Positions 20,201 through 29,254 of a DNA stretch of 64,000 bases are shown in pieces; position 1 is the stretch's first letter; each line of letters starts with the position of its first letter. Source of the DNA: an uncultured Gammaproteobacteria bacterium (GTDB lineage Bacteria; Pseudomonadota; Gammaproteobacteria; Francisellales; CACEW01); NCBI GenBank assembly GCA_902563055.1, contig CACEWE010000003.1:1450-65449 (forward strand), given 5' to 3'. The notes beneath the pieces are model-generated. The model saw only the letters and a program-made list of their open reading frames with translations. It was not told where the DNA came from and did no database searches. The translations under genes and the position numbers were made by a program.

Positions 20201-20242
20201 CACTTGTTCTGCTTTAAAGATTGGCTTACAATAGCCGCCTGT

Positions 20243-20318
20243 GCCGGCATAGCTCAGTTGTTAGCGCAACTGATTCGTAATCAGTAGGTCCCCTGTTCAA
20301 TTCGGGGTGTCGGCACCA
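20243..20318 (+). tRNA. tRNA-Thr (anticodon CGU), encoded CCA end
   Basis: Folded manually. Acceptor GCCGGCA/TGTCGGC. Anticodon stem ACTGA/TCAGT with loop TTCGTAA. T arm CCCTG-TTCAATT-CGGGG. Discriminator A followed by CCA. The D arm has a T12:C23 mismatch and only one G in the D loop. Confidence 0.85.
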
Positions 20319-20446
20319 TAGATATGAGGCTACTATAGTATTTGTAGTATAAAAAACCAACACTTAAAGTCCCTCTTTGCATGAACCTTTATCGTGTCCA
20401 TGATAGCCTCATAGATGAAAACATTATAGAAAGCCAAGGCTTGTGC

Positions 20447-21070
20447 TTAATCGGCATCAGCAATAGGTACTTGATACCTTGTTTGTGGTTCTGCGTCTTT
20501 TTTTATGCTTTTACTTTTTGCTATTCTATATTGTGCACCGCGCCACACACTCTGGATGCTAGTGCACGCATAATATGTTTTATATTCTTTTATAGCATCT
20601 TTATATTGCCGTACTTTATTTCCCATTTCTCTTATCGTGTCGGTATTCATCTTGGCTGAACACAACAGGGTTATATAAGATTGAAAGCAAAGGTCCTGAA
20701 TTAATTGATTTAATGCCATGAGGGTGTTGGGATATTGTGATGCTATTTGAAGGCTTTTGTTTTTAATTTGTTGTGTGTATGTATCTATTGTACCATCTTT
20801 GCCCCAGAAGGTTTGGTGGTAATTGTTGGCCAATTGTTGATAAATATTTTCTATTGCATCATCTTTGCCCCATAAGGTTTGGTGGTCATTGTTGGTCATG
20901 CATTGATAAATATTTTCTCTAGCTTTAAGAATATCTGGTGCTGAAGTTAAATTAAATTTTATAAAATTATCATATCTTGTTATGCCTTGCCAGAGCTGAA
21001 AATGGATGCACATGGCCCTAAGTAAGCGAATTCTTTTATAAGTATTGTCAGGATCTGAATTTATGAGCAT
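20447..21070 (-). CDS. Orphan protein with an internal 22-aa tandem duplication and a C-terminal IQ (calmodulin-binding-type) motif
   Basis: 207-aa ORF in an AT-rich tRNA-flanking region. ENIYQCMTNNDHQTLWGKDDAI and ENIYQQLANNYHQTFWGKDGTI are tandem. IQSVWRGAQYR fits IQxxxRGxxxR. Confidence 0.6.
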   Translation of the reverse strand: MLINSDPDNTYKRIRLLRAMCIHFQLWQGITRYDNFIKFNLTSAPDILKARENIYQCMTNNDHQTLWGKDDAIENIYQQLANNYHQTFWGKDGTIDTYTQQIKNKSLQIASQYPNTLMALNQLIQDLCFQSYITLLCSAKMNTDTIREMGNKVRQYKDAIKEYKTYYACTSIQSVWRGAQYRIAKSKSIKKDAEPQTRYQVPIADAD

Positions 21071-21240
21071 GGTTTTCCCTATTGAAAAACCAACATCCTA
21101 TAGCTTATTCGCTAGAATGACCTTGATGCATAGCATTTTTTTTTGAATATAATAAATATATTTACGTTTTGTTGATGTATGGCATTAAGATGCACATTAC
21201 TGCCTTATGTCGGCAGTTTGGCAAATTTATTTTTGTTTTT

Positions 21241-22194
21241 TTACAGTTGACTATGTATATAATCTTGTAATTTAAGGTGATCTTGATAAAACAAGCGTAT
21301 GCCTTCTGCTAGTTTTTCGGTTGCCATGGGGTTTTGATTCATATGCCAGTAGAAATTTGGTTCCTCTACCTTTATTTCCTCTATGTTTTGATCTTTAGCC
21401 CAGCTGGTGGAGAGTTTTGGCTCAAGGTTTTCCTGGCTTTGTTTTAGATCATCTAAAAGACCTGGGCTAATGGTAAGGTAGTCACAGCCAGTAAGTGCTC
21501 TGATTTGACCAATATTACGAAAGCTTGCGCCCATGACCACTGTTGGGTAATCAAATTTTTTGTAATAGGCATAAATAGAGCGGACTGATTCTACGCCAGG
21601 GTCATTATCTGCGCTGTAATCGGTTTGATTGGCCTTTTTATACCAGTCATAAATGCGACCCACAAATGGTGAAATAAGGGTAATGCCATTTTGAGCGCAG
21701 GCAATGGCTTGGGCCTTATCAAACATAAGCGTTAAATTACAACAAATGCCTTCTTGTTCTAGAATGCGTGCCGCTTGTATGCCTGGCCAGGTCGCAGCAA
21801 TTTTAATAAGGATACGATTTTTATCAATGCCTATTGCATCATACATGGCGATGAGTTCTCTGGCTTGGTTTAAAGTCGCGTGTTGATCAAAAGAATAAGC
21901 GGCATTAACTTCAGTAGATACGCGCCCAGGAACAATAGCAAGAATTTCCTGCCCAAAAAGAACATTCAGTTTAAGTATGGCTTTTTCGGTTTGTTCTTGA
22001 GCTTGATTGCTTTGACTTTTTGCCCAATCCATAGCCGCTGCAACAAGGTGCTGATATTCAGGCATTTGTGCTGCTTTAAACAACAAGCTGGGATTGGTCG
22101 TAGCATCTTGCGGTTCAAAAGCCTTGATGCTGTTAATATCGCCAGTGTCGGCAACTACCGTAGTGTATTGCTTTAAGGTCTCAAGTTGATTCAT
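21241..22194 (-). CDS. tal: Transaldolase
   Basis: 317 aa. DATTNPSL motif and class-I transaldolase-B-like sequence throughout. Confidence 0.92.
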   Translation of the reverse strand: MNQLETLKQYTTVVADTGDINSIKAFEPQDATTNPSLLFKAAQMPEYQHLVAAAMDWAKSQSNQAQEQTEKAILKLNVLFGQEILAIVPGRVSTEVNAAYSFDQHATLNQARELIAMYDAIGIDKNRILIKIAATWPGIQAARILEQEGICCNLTLMFDKAQAIACAQNGITLISPFVGRIYDWYKKANQTDYSADNDPGVESVRSIYAYYKKFDYPTVVMGASFRNIGQIRALTGCDYLTISPGLLDDLKQSQENLEPKLSTSWAKDQNIEEIKVEEPNFYWHMNQNPMATEKLAEGIRLFYQDHLKLQDYIHSQL

Positions 22195-22281
22195 CAGTAA
22201 AAATCCACAGTAAAAAGTGTGCTTATCATACCATGCTTTTTTATAAGAAGCTACGGAGAAAATGCCGCAGATAAAAAAGGC

Positions 22282-22309
22282 TTGCTAAAAGACGTTTTTT
22301 TTGTATAAT
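22282..22309 (+). promoter_or_regulatory. Sigma-70-like promoter for the EamA transporter gene
   Basis: TTGCTA (22282-22287), a 16-nt spacer, then TATAAT (22304-22309), ~45 nt upstream of the start codon. Confidence 0.4.
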
Positions 22310-22355
22310 GGCCCGTCATTTAGTCATTTATATACAAATTTCAAGGAGGCGCACA

Positions 22356-23237
22356 ATGCATATTTCAACAAAAGCACAATGCTATTTGGTTCTTGTGGCC
22401 TTAATTTGGGGTTTAACCTTTCCTTTGATTCATCAAGCTGTGGGTTTTTTGGATCCAGATGTGTTTGTGTTTGTCCGCTTTTGTATGGCGGCCTTATTCT
22501 TTTTACCTTTTGTCATAAGCTTGCTAAGAAAAACGTCTAAATTATTATTATATGGAAGTTTGCTTTTGGGACTGGGCAATTCTGTGGTTTATATTTTTCA
22601 ATCAATTGGCTTAATGACCATTCCTGCTTCACGTTCTGCTTTTATCACCGGAACTGGGGTTATTTTAGTACCCTTTTTATCCTTTATCCTGAAAATTGAA
22701 AAAATACGCCTTATGCATTTTGTTTGTGCTGTTTTGTGCTGTGTTGGCCTTTATATTCTTACTGGAGCGGACTTTTCCGGCTTTAATGTTGGGGATTTAT
22801 ACACCTTTGGCTGTGCAATTGCTTATGCACTAACCGTGATTATTATTCAGATCTTATCTGAGAGTTTTGATGATCCGCGCTTAATTGTGTTTTATCAAAT
22901 GATTTTCACCATTCCAATTGCAGGCTTACTGTCAATTGGCAGTGATTTTACCCCGCTTTTAATGCCAAAGGTGTATATTCCTTTAATTTTCTGTGCGGTG
23001 CTAGCAACCTGTTTAGTCTATTATTGGCAGCTGCGTTATCAGCAATATACCACTGCTCCAAAAGCTGCGTTGATTTATGCACTTGAGCCGGTATTTGCAA
23101 GCATTTTTTCTATTTCTATGCACCAAGAAGCCTTGACATGGACTATTGTTATTGGGGGTGGCTTTATTTTTGGATCTATCATCCTGCCTGATGTGCTTGC
23201 GCTTTTAGGGCTTGCCGATAAGAGAAAAAAGAAGTAA
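22356..23237 (+). CDS. EamA/DMT-family transporter
   Basis: ATG at 22356 after AAGGAGG. Ten-TM hydrophobic profile with two EamA-like halves. Confidence 0.75.
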   Translation: MHISTKAQCYLVLVALIWGLTFPLIHQAVGFLDPDVFVFVRFCMAALFFLPFVISLLRKTSKLLLYGSLLLGLGNSVVYIFQSIGLMTIPASRSAFITGTGVILVPFLSFILKIEKIRLMHFVCAVLCCVGLYILTGADFSGFNVGDLYTFGCAIAYALTVIIIQILSESFDDPRLIVFYQMIFTIPIAGLLSIGSDFTPLLMPKVYIPLIFCAVLATCLVYYWQLRYQQYTTAPKAALIYALEPVFASIFSISMHQEALTWTIVIGGGFIFGSIILPDVLALLGLADKRKKK

Positions 23238-23328
23238 GTGCAAGCCTTATTTCAGTCTTGATAAACAAGTAGGCATTTGATTCGCCATTTGTTATACTTT
23301 GCTGCATTAAAGCAAAGTAAGGAAAAAG

Positions 23329-25656
23329 ATGTCCGATACCACAGCATTTGATTTTTTAGCTCTTAAAGACCAAGAAGCTTTAAGCTTACTTAAAGAATAT
23401 GGCATAGCCTTAAGTCTTGAAGAAGCCAGAGAGATTCAACAACAACTGGGCAGGCCTTTAAGCTTATCAGAGTCAATTTTATGGGGCATTCAAGGTTCTG
23501 AGCATTGTTCTTATAAAAGTTCTAGAAATCATTTGGCAACTTTAAACACCAAGGGGCCGCACGTGGTGATCGGCGCCAAGGAAGACGCGGGGGTTATTCG
23601 CGTTGCACAAGATGATCAAGGTGCACATTATTGCATTGCTATCAGTCATGAAAGCCATAATCATCCCTCGCAAATTGTACCTTTTGAGGGTGCGGCAACC
23701 GGAATTGGTGGTAATGTGCGCGATGTTTCTTGTATGGGGGCTACGGTTATTGCTAATGCAGATAGCCTGCGCTTTGGTTTAATTGATTCGGCGCAAACCA
23801 AATGGATTCACGATGGGGTGGTTAGTGGTATTGCTTCTTATGGCAATGCTATTGGCGTGCCCAATGTTGCTGGAGATGTGGCGTATCATCCTTCTTATCA
23901 AGATAACGCCTTAGTAACCGCGGTTACTATTGGTGCGGTAAAGGAATCTGATATTATTCATTCTTATGCGCCTAAAAATGCACATGGTTATGTGTTGATC
24001 TTAGTGGGCAAGGCTACTGATAATTCTGGTTTTGGTGGGGCGAGTTTTGCTTCCTTTGATTTAGACCAAGACGATGCACAGGCCAATCGCGGTGCGGTGC
24101 AAGAACCCAATGCTTTTTTAGGTCAGGTGCTTTTAAAAGCCAATGCCGATTTATGTGCACAAATTTGTAAGGATCAGTTGCAAGACCAGGTTGGCTTTAA
24201 GGATTTAGGCGCCGGTGGCATTGCCTGTGCCTCGGTGGAATTGGCTGAAGGCGGCGGATATGGTGCTACGCTTCATCTAGATCACGTTCATGTGGCGATG
24301 GAGCAGCTCAATCCCTCAGTTGTTTTGTGTTCAGAAACCCAAGAACGTTATATGTGGGTAGTGCCAAAAACGCTCAAGCAGCGGGTTTTGGATCATTATA
24401 ACCGTACTTATGATTTGCCTGCCATTTCCAAAGGCGCTTGCGCGGTGGAAGTGGGACATATTACAGATGATGGGCAATACCAAGTTCATTATCAAGGTGC
24501 TTGTTTAATTGATGCTCCGGCAAAGCTTATTACCAAGGGTTTGGTGTATGATCGTCCCTTTACTTCTGTGCCCAAGCCTAAGAAGCAACAAGCACCAAAA
24601 CTCTATACTGATTTAGCCCAGCTTCTATATACGCTATTGGCTGATCCAAGTGTAGCAAGTGATAAATGCATTGCAGAGCAATATGATAAACAGGTCGGGG
24701 GACGGGTTATTATTGAGCGTATGAGAGCAGATGCAGGATTACTTGCACCCTTTAATGATGCACGTTTTCCCGATAATATCGCCAAAACTGGCGTGGCGCT
24801 CGCTTGTGCCCACAAGCCCCATTACAACGCGATTGATCCCTACTGGGGCACAGCTTTGGCGGTGGTGGAGTCGATGTTGAAAGTGGTAAGTGTTGGAGCA
24901 AAACCTTTGGCACTATCAGATTGCTTATGTTTTGGAAATCCGGAGGATCCTCAGCAGATGGCGGCATTTGTAGCAGCGGTTAAAGGTTTAAAAGATGCGA
25001 GCAATCAGTTACATTTGATTGATTATCCCAAGGCGAGCATCCCTATTGTTGCTGGTAATGTTTCCTTATACAACCAAAGTAAAACTTCTGCAGTGGTTCC
25101 AAGTGCGATGATGGCGTGTGTTGGCAATATGCAAGATGTGGATAATAAATTATTACCCGCCGTGGATGAGACAGAGTTAATGCTTTATATGGTAGGCGCA
25201 AGAAGTGGCCGTTTGGCCGGCAGTTTATTCCATCAATATGCCGGGCGTGATGATGGCGGTATTTTAAATATCGACTATCAAGATATCAATCAACAGATGA
25301 GGTTTATGGATCAAATGACCACAGAGCGGATGCTTAAAGCATGTAAGATTATTGAATCTGGTGGGCTTGCGCTTGCCTTAATAAAAATGGCGCTTTTGGG
25401 GTCCTGTGGTATGGTTTTGGAAGATCCATTTGACGATTTTGAGCCTTGGTTAGATGAGACACCAGGTTTTGTATTAGCGCTAGATAAAAAAAATCAAGAT
25501 GAAGTTGTGGCACGTGCTAAAGCAATGCAAATAGATATACGTTATTGTGGTAAAACTGCAAAGGATCCGAGTATTATTTTTCCATTTGCCCATATTGACC
25601 TTTCCCATGCGCGCCAAGTTTGGCGTCAGGGCTTGCGTCAAAAAATAGCCCATTAA
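23329..25656 (+). CDS. purL: Phosphoribosylformylglycinamidine synthase, short PurL-type synthetase subunit
   Basis: 775 aa. The conserved N-terminal SEHCSYKSS motif, and AIR-synthase-like duplicated domains. Confidence 0.88.
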   Translation: MSDTTAFDFLALKDQEALSLLKEYGIALSLEEAREIQQQLGRPLSLSESILWGIQGSEHCSYKSSRNHLATLNTKGPHVVIGAKEDAGVIRVAQDDQGAHYCIAISHESHNHPSQIVPFEGAATGIGGNVRDVSCMGATVIANADSLRFGLIDSAQTKWIHDGVVSGIASYGNAIGVPNVAGDVAYHPSYQDNALVTAVTIGAVKESDIIHSYAPKNAHGYVLILVGKATDNSGFGGASFASFDLDQDDAQANRGAVQEPNAFLGQVLLKANADLCAQICKDQLQDQVGFKDLGAGGIACASVELAEGGGYGATLHLDHVHVAMEQLNPSVVLCSETQERYMWVVPKTLKQRVLDHYNRTYDLPAISKGACAVEVGHITDDGQYQVHYQGACLIDAPAKLITKGLVYDRPFTSVPKPKKQQAPKLYTDLAQLLYTLLADPSVASDKCIAEQYDKQVGGRVIIERMRADAGLLAPFNDARFPDNIAKTGVALACAHKPHYNAIDPYWGTALAVVESMLKVVSVGAKPLALSDCLCFGNPEDPQQMAAFVAAVKGLKDASNQLHLIDYPKASIPIVAGNVSLYNQSKTSAVVPSAMMACVGNMQDVDNKLLPAVDETELMLYMVGARSGRLAGSLFHQYAGRDDGGILNIDYQDINQQMRFMDQMTTERMLKACKIIESGGLALALIKMALLGSCGMVLEDPFDDFEPWLDETPGFVLALDKKNQDEVVARAKAMQIDIRYCGKTAKDPSIIFPFAHIDLSHARQVWRQGLRQKIAH

Positions 25657-25674
25657 CAAAGAAGGATTAAAGTT

Positions 25675-26313
25675 GTGGAAGGTTTTCAAAAACAGTTTTT
25701 AGATTTAGCACTGACATCAAAGGCATTATTGCTGGGAGATTTTACTTTAAAGTCGGGAATAAAAAGTCCGTATTTTTTTAATATTGCCCCTTGTTTGTCT
25801 AATGGTGCAAGGTTGCATCAGTTGGCAGATTGTTATGCGCAGGCTATGGTGCATTTTGACCTTGATCAGGCAATGATTTTTGGCCCTGCTTATAAGGGCA
25901 TTCCTTTGGTTACTGCATTAGCAATGGCATTTTATCAACGTTATGAGAGGGCCTTGGATTTTGCGTTTAATCGTAAAGAAAAAAAAGATCATGGCGAAGG
26001 TGGTAGTATTGTGGGTGCTGCATTATCTGGTTCCGTGGTTGTGGTAGATGATGTTTTAACCAAGGGTAGTGCCTTTAGCCAAACCCTTGCCTTATTAAAG
26101 CATTATCCTGATGCCAAGGTGCAGGCTTTGCTGGTTGCGCTAGATCGTCAAGAAAAAGCAGCTTCAGGCGCAACCGTTTCAGAGACTTTAATGGCAGAGC
26201 ATCACATAGATATTTTCAGTATGGTAGGTGTTGATGCGCTCATTACGTACCTTAAACAGCATCATGGCGATAAGGCCATTATTGAAACATTAGATGCTTA
26301 TAGGCAGTGTTAA
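25675..26313 (+). CDS. pyrE: Orotate phosphoribosyltransferase
   Basis: 212 aa. FTLKSG...SPYFFN N-terminus and PRPP loop VVVVDDVLTKGSA. GTG start. Confidence 0.9.
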   Translation: MEGFQKQFLDLALTSKALLLGDFTLKSGIKSPYFFNIAPCLSNGARLHQLADCYAQAMVHFDLDQAMIFGPAYKGIPLVTALAMAFYQRYERALDFAFNRKEKKDHGEGGSIVGAALSGSVVVVDDVLTKGSAFSQTLALLKHYPDAKVQALLVALDRQEKAASGATVSETLMAEHHIDIFSMVGVDALITYLKQHHGDKAIIETLDAYRQC

Positions 26314-26314
26314 T

Positions 26315-26908
26315 ATGGCCCATGAAGGTAGGGAAAATCCTATGGCACGGCATTTACAAGCGGTGCATTCTAGTAGTTTGTCCACAGCTGCTAAGTCTAT
26401 GTTGCAGCCCAAAAGAGATACTTTGGTGGGGCGCTTGGGTGAAGAGGCAAAAGAGAAACTTGCATTAAAGCACTTTAAACCTATTTCTTTGGAGGGTGAT
26501 GGGACTGATCAAGCTTTTTCTGGGCGAATTCCTATGGGCAAGACGATGTTGCCAAGATTAAACTTTTCAGGTCTTTCCGGTGAGGGTTCAAAAATACTTG
26601 GTGATGGGGCTTTATTAAAGAGAAGGGAGTCTCAAGCCCCATCATTGCTTAATAGACCTTTGGTATTAGAAGGGAAGGAAGCCTCATCTGCTTCGTTAAA
26701 AAATACTAAAAGTATGAGCAGTATAGGCGATTGTTCTGCCAAAAATCCTGTAGGGAAATTGCGCCCACTTGGTATAGTTCCACCAAACGCGTTGGGCTCT
26801 CGTGCTCTAGGGAAAGGGCGTCCATTTAATACAGTTGCGCAAAACTTGATTGGCGGTCATGGTCAAAACGCAGCTGTTTGTGATGCTGGTGCTGGTTGTG
26901 GCTTATGA
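26315..26908 (+). CDS. Low-complexity Gly/Ser/Pro/Leu-rich protein, member 1 of the island family
   Basis: ATG lies 1 nt after the pyrE stop. No globular-domain signature. Shares DQAFSGRIPMGK...LP and GKLRPL motifs with the next gene. Contains KRRES. Confidence 0.55.
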   Translation: MAHEGRENPMARHLQAVHSSSLSTAAKSMLQPKRDTLVGRLGEEAKEKLALKHFKPISLEGDGTDQAFSGRIPMGKTMLPRLNFSGLSGEGSKILGDGALLKRRESQAPSLLNRPLVLEGKEASSASLKNTKSMSSIGDCSAKNPVGKLRPLGIVPPNALGSRALGKGRPFNTVAQNLIGGHGQNAAVCDAGAGCGL

Positions 26909-27133
26909 TAAAAAGGTTTGTTGTTCATGTTTATGAACTTCAGTAATGTGCTGTATTGAAAGCTTGGCTTTATATTTTTTCTATTATATGCCAAACCAAC
27001 TTGCAGTATTATTATAGATTCGATAGAATACTTCAAAAAATCGGAGGGTACTGTTTGGGCTTATGCCCATGAGGGACACTTACCCTTGCGCAATATAGTC
27101 AATTTATACTAAAAATAATTAAGGAGAGCCTTC

Positions 27134-27646
27134 GTGGTGTTTTCTGATAGTTTTTCAAAAGCAGCTCAAGGCGATGCTTTAAAAGCTCAAGGCGATGCTT
27201 TAAAACAGCATCGTCCAAGTACGAGAAAGCCATTGCGTATAGATGCTCCTGGCCAAGCTTTTACAGGGGCGCCCAGAGGAAAGTTAAGCCCATTAGCTGC
27301 GCACAATCTTCCAAAACTTCCCTGTGAAAGATACCCGACAGCTTCGGGTAGTGCGAATTTAGCTGAAAGAGTTAACAATGAGAGGGCTCGTTTAGAATTT
27401 AGGGCCTTATTAGAGCAAAATTTTAAAAAGAATAGTGGGGCTTTGCCAAAACAATTTGAGAGGCAATCTGATGATACTTGTCAATCCCTTTTTAGGAATA
27501 ACACTTTGCCGCCCCTTGATAGAAGAGAAAACACTCCTGCTCGTAAGGAGCCTTTAGGTCATAGTGTTTTTGCTGTATTAGGACCACCGCTTGAGGAAAA
27601 TGATAGGCTTGATAGGGACTGTAGCCAAGGGGCTAATGCATTGTAA
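27134..27646 (+). CDS. Low-complexity protein, member 2 of the island family
   Basis: GTG start after AAGGAGAG. GQAFTGAPRGKLSPL parallels member 1. A perfect 21-bp duplication encodes AQGDALK twice. Confidence 0.6.
   Translation: MVFSDSFSKAAQGDALKAQGDALKQHRPSTRKPLRIDAPGQAFTGAPRGKLSPLAAHNLPKLPCERYPTASGSANLAERVNNERARLEFRALLEQNFKKNSGALPKQFERQSDDTCQSLFRNNTLPPLDRRENTPARKEPLGHSVFAVLGPPLEENDRLDRDCSQGANAL
27164..27205 (+). repeat. Perfect 21-bp tandem duplication (x2), in frame
   Basis: gctcaaggcgatgctttaaaa occurs twice in direct succession. Confidence 0.95.
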
Positions 27647-27707
27647 AGTGATACGCTGTTTATCTATTTTTTTGCTTGGAAATTTATGGATTCTATTACC
27701 CCTGTCT

Positions 27708-28118
27708 TTAGGTTTTTAAAGCGCAGCTATTATATTTTTGATAGTAACTTGGGGTGCAGAAGGTAATAGACCCATATGGGGCTGGATTCTGGCTATAGCT
27801 ATAGGCGAGCTGGTGGTCAATATAACCATGGATTTGGATTTTTTTTCCGGCTAAGCTAATTCCAAAAAATGCATTGTGCTCTTGGCTTGGAATTTCTATC
27901 ACCCGGTAATAGTTATCCTGGTATACCAAAATATTTGTTTGTTTAAAAGCAGCAATATCATAGGATTTTTCACTTGTATAGTCGAGATATCTGATAGGAT
28001 GTGCTAGATGGTTGATAATCGTGAGGGGGGTAAGCTTTTGGCTAAAGGCAAGGATTGGGACATTACAAAAAAGTATAATTACAAGACTAGTTACCATATA
28101 GTAGGATCTTTTGTTCAT
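27708..28118 (-). CDS. Small secreted or membrane-anchored protein of unknown function
   Basis: ATG at 28118 after GGGAG. N-terminal hydrophobic signal or anchor YMVTSLVIILFCNVPILAFS. It is the only minus-strand gene in the island. Confidence 0.5.
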   Translation of the reverse strand: MNKRSYYMVTSLVIILFCNVPILAFSQKLTPLTIINHLAHPIRYLDYTSEKSYDIAAFKQTNILVYQDNYYRVIEIPSQEHNAFFGISLAGKKIQIHGYIDHQLAYSYSQNPAPYGSITFCTPSYYQKYNSCALKT

Positions 28119-28218
28119 ATGTAGCTCCCTAGCCATAGAGGCTTGTTTATTATAATAGGCTTTTACCCTAGAGTGTTTTTGTTCATAGTGCAAGTGTGGC
28201 TAATTATTGTATGAAATT

Positions 28219-28242
28219 TTATTGCATATAATATTGCAATAA
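28219..28242. promoter_or_regulatory. 24-bp palindrome (8-bp arms TTATTGCA/TGCAATAA) enclosing TATAAT; candidate operator over a -10 box
   Basis: Reads TTATTGCA TATAATAT TGCAATAA. Lies in the divergent intergenic region between 27708-28118 (-) and 28274 (+). Confidence 0.35.
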
Positions 28243-28273
28243 AAAGCCATAAACTAATCATATTGTTTTTTAA

Positions 28274-29251
28274 ATGTACTTATTTGAGATGCTCAGTAAA
28301 CATTTTCTTGAGCTTAGTAAGCAATTGCTTATGATTGTGAAAAAAAATAATCAACAAGGAATGCAAATGTATAGTGGTATAGGCGAAGAAGGCATGTCTG
28401 GGAGTGTGGAGAGTTTGTCTGAAAGTACGTCGATTGAGCTTCCAAATTATCCAAAAGTTAAGGTTCCTGGTTTATCTGTTGCAGTGCGGTGTCCGGAGGA
28501 TGCAATAACAGACTCTCCAAGTTCTGCTAGAGGGGATTTAAGTGCGCGTTCTTCTCGTCTTGGCTCTGATGGGGCTTCTGGTGAGGGTCCAATTACGCAT
28601 TCTCCTCTTAATTTATCTGTTAGTATGCCACCTCAGTTAAATACAACTCCTGTTAAATGTGAAAATGCCATTCCTTTTCAATCTCCACAAAATAAATCTG
28701 CTGTGCAAGGCCAAATTGCGCCCGGCTTGAATGCCACCTCACCAAAAAGTGCTTTGCCCATTTCTGCTGCTGATGGTGCTTTTGATCCAGGATCTGCTGG
28801 TATAGCTAGAGAGCAATTAGGGCATGGCGAAGAGGAAGCAGCCCCTGAATTAAGTTTATTGTTTAATTCTGTTGAAAGGCATCAGGCAAATGAAAAACTA
28901 CAAGCTTCTAAACAAGGAGAGAAACATCCACTTGAAGGGGGACGAAGTCCCAGTCCAGAGCGAAAGAGACGGAGGTCTATAGACTCCTCAGGAAGGTCTT
29001 CTGCTTTTTCTCCTCCGCTTTCTTCTCCAGGTTCAACTCAGTTTCAAATGGATTCATCAGAAGACTCCCTTTCACCAAAAGCTCTTGTTAGAGAAGATTC
29101 TCTAGATTCTATGTTATCTGGATACTCAGGATCTTCAACAGGGTCTTCATCTAGCGAAAGACCTCTAACAGAAAATGAAATATGGATGCGAGACTTTTAC
29201 AATAATCCAAGAAGTAATACTGATTATAATACAAGTATGGGGCACAATTAG
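28274..29251 (+). CDS. Ser/Pro-rich low-complexity protein, member 3 of the island family
   Basis: 325-aa maximal ORF. An alternative ATG at 28361 has the better RBS (CAAGGA). Motifs DGAFDPG, RKRRRSIDSS, STQFQMDSSEDS and a Ser-rich tail. Confidence 0.6.
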   Translation: MYLFEMLSKHFLELSKQLLMIVKKNNQQGMQMYSGIGEEGMSGSVESLSESTSIELPNYPKVKVPGLSVAVRCPEDAITDSPSSARGDLSARSSRLGSDGASGEGPITHSPLNLSVSMPPQLNTTPVKCENAIPFQSPQNKSAVQGQIAPGLNATSPKSALPISAADGAFDPGSAGIAREQLGHGEEEAAPELSLLFNSVERHQANEKLQASKQGEKHPLEGGRSPSPERKRRRSIDSSGRSSAFSPPLSSPGSTQFQMDSSEDSLSPKALVREDSLDSMLSGYSGSSTGSSSSERPLTENEIWMRDFYNNPRSNTDYNTSMGHN

Positions 29252-29254
29252 TGA

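Noticed and set aside
20381-20659. 92-aa plus-strand ORF just downstream of tRNA-Thr
   Set aside because: It overlaps the opposite-strand 207-aa ORF, which carries the internal duplication and IQ motif. It is hydrophobic low-complexity sequence typical of an antisense frame in AT-rich DNA.
21213-21220. 8-bp match (TGTCGGCA) to the 3' end of tRNA-Thr at the far side of the orphan gene, a possible attR remnant
   Set aside because: The match is only 8 bp and it is part of a local hairpin (ACTGCC...GGCAGT). That is too short to distinguish from chance, and no extended tRNA homology flanks it.
22301-22540. 79-aa ORF and the long N-terminal extension of the EamA gene (22308 start)
   Set aside because: A strong RBS (AAGGAGG) precedes the ATG at 22356, and the first TM helix starts there. 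The upstream extension would begin inside the predicted promoter.
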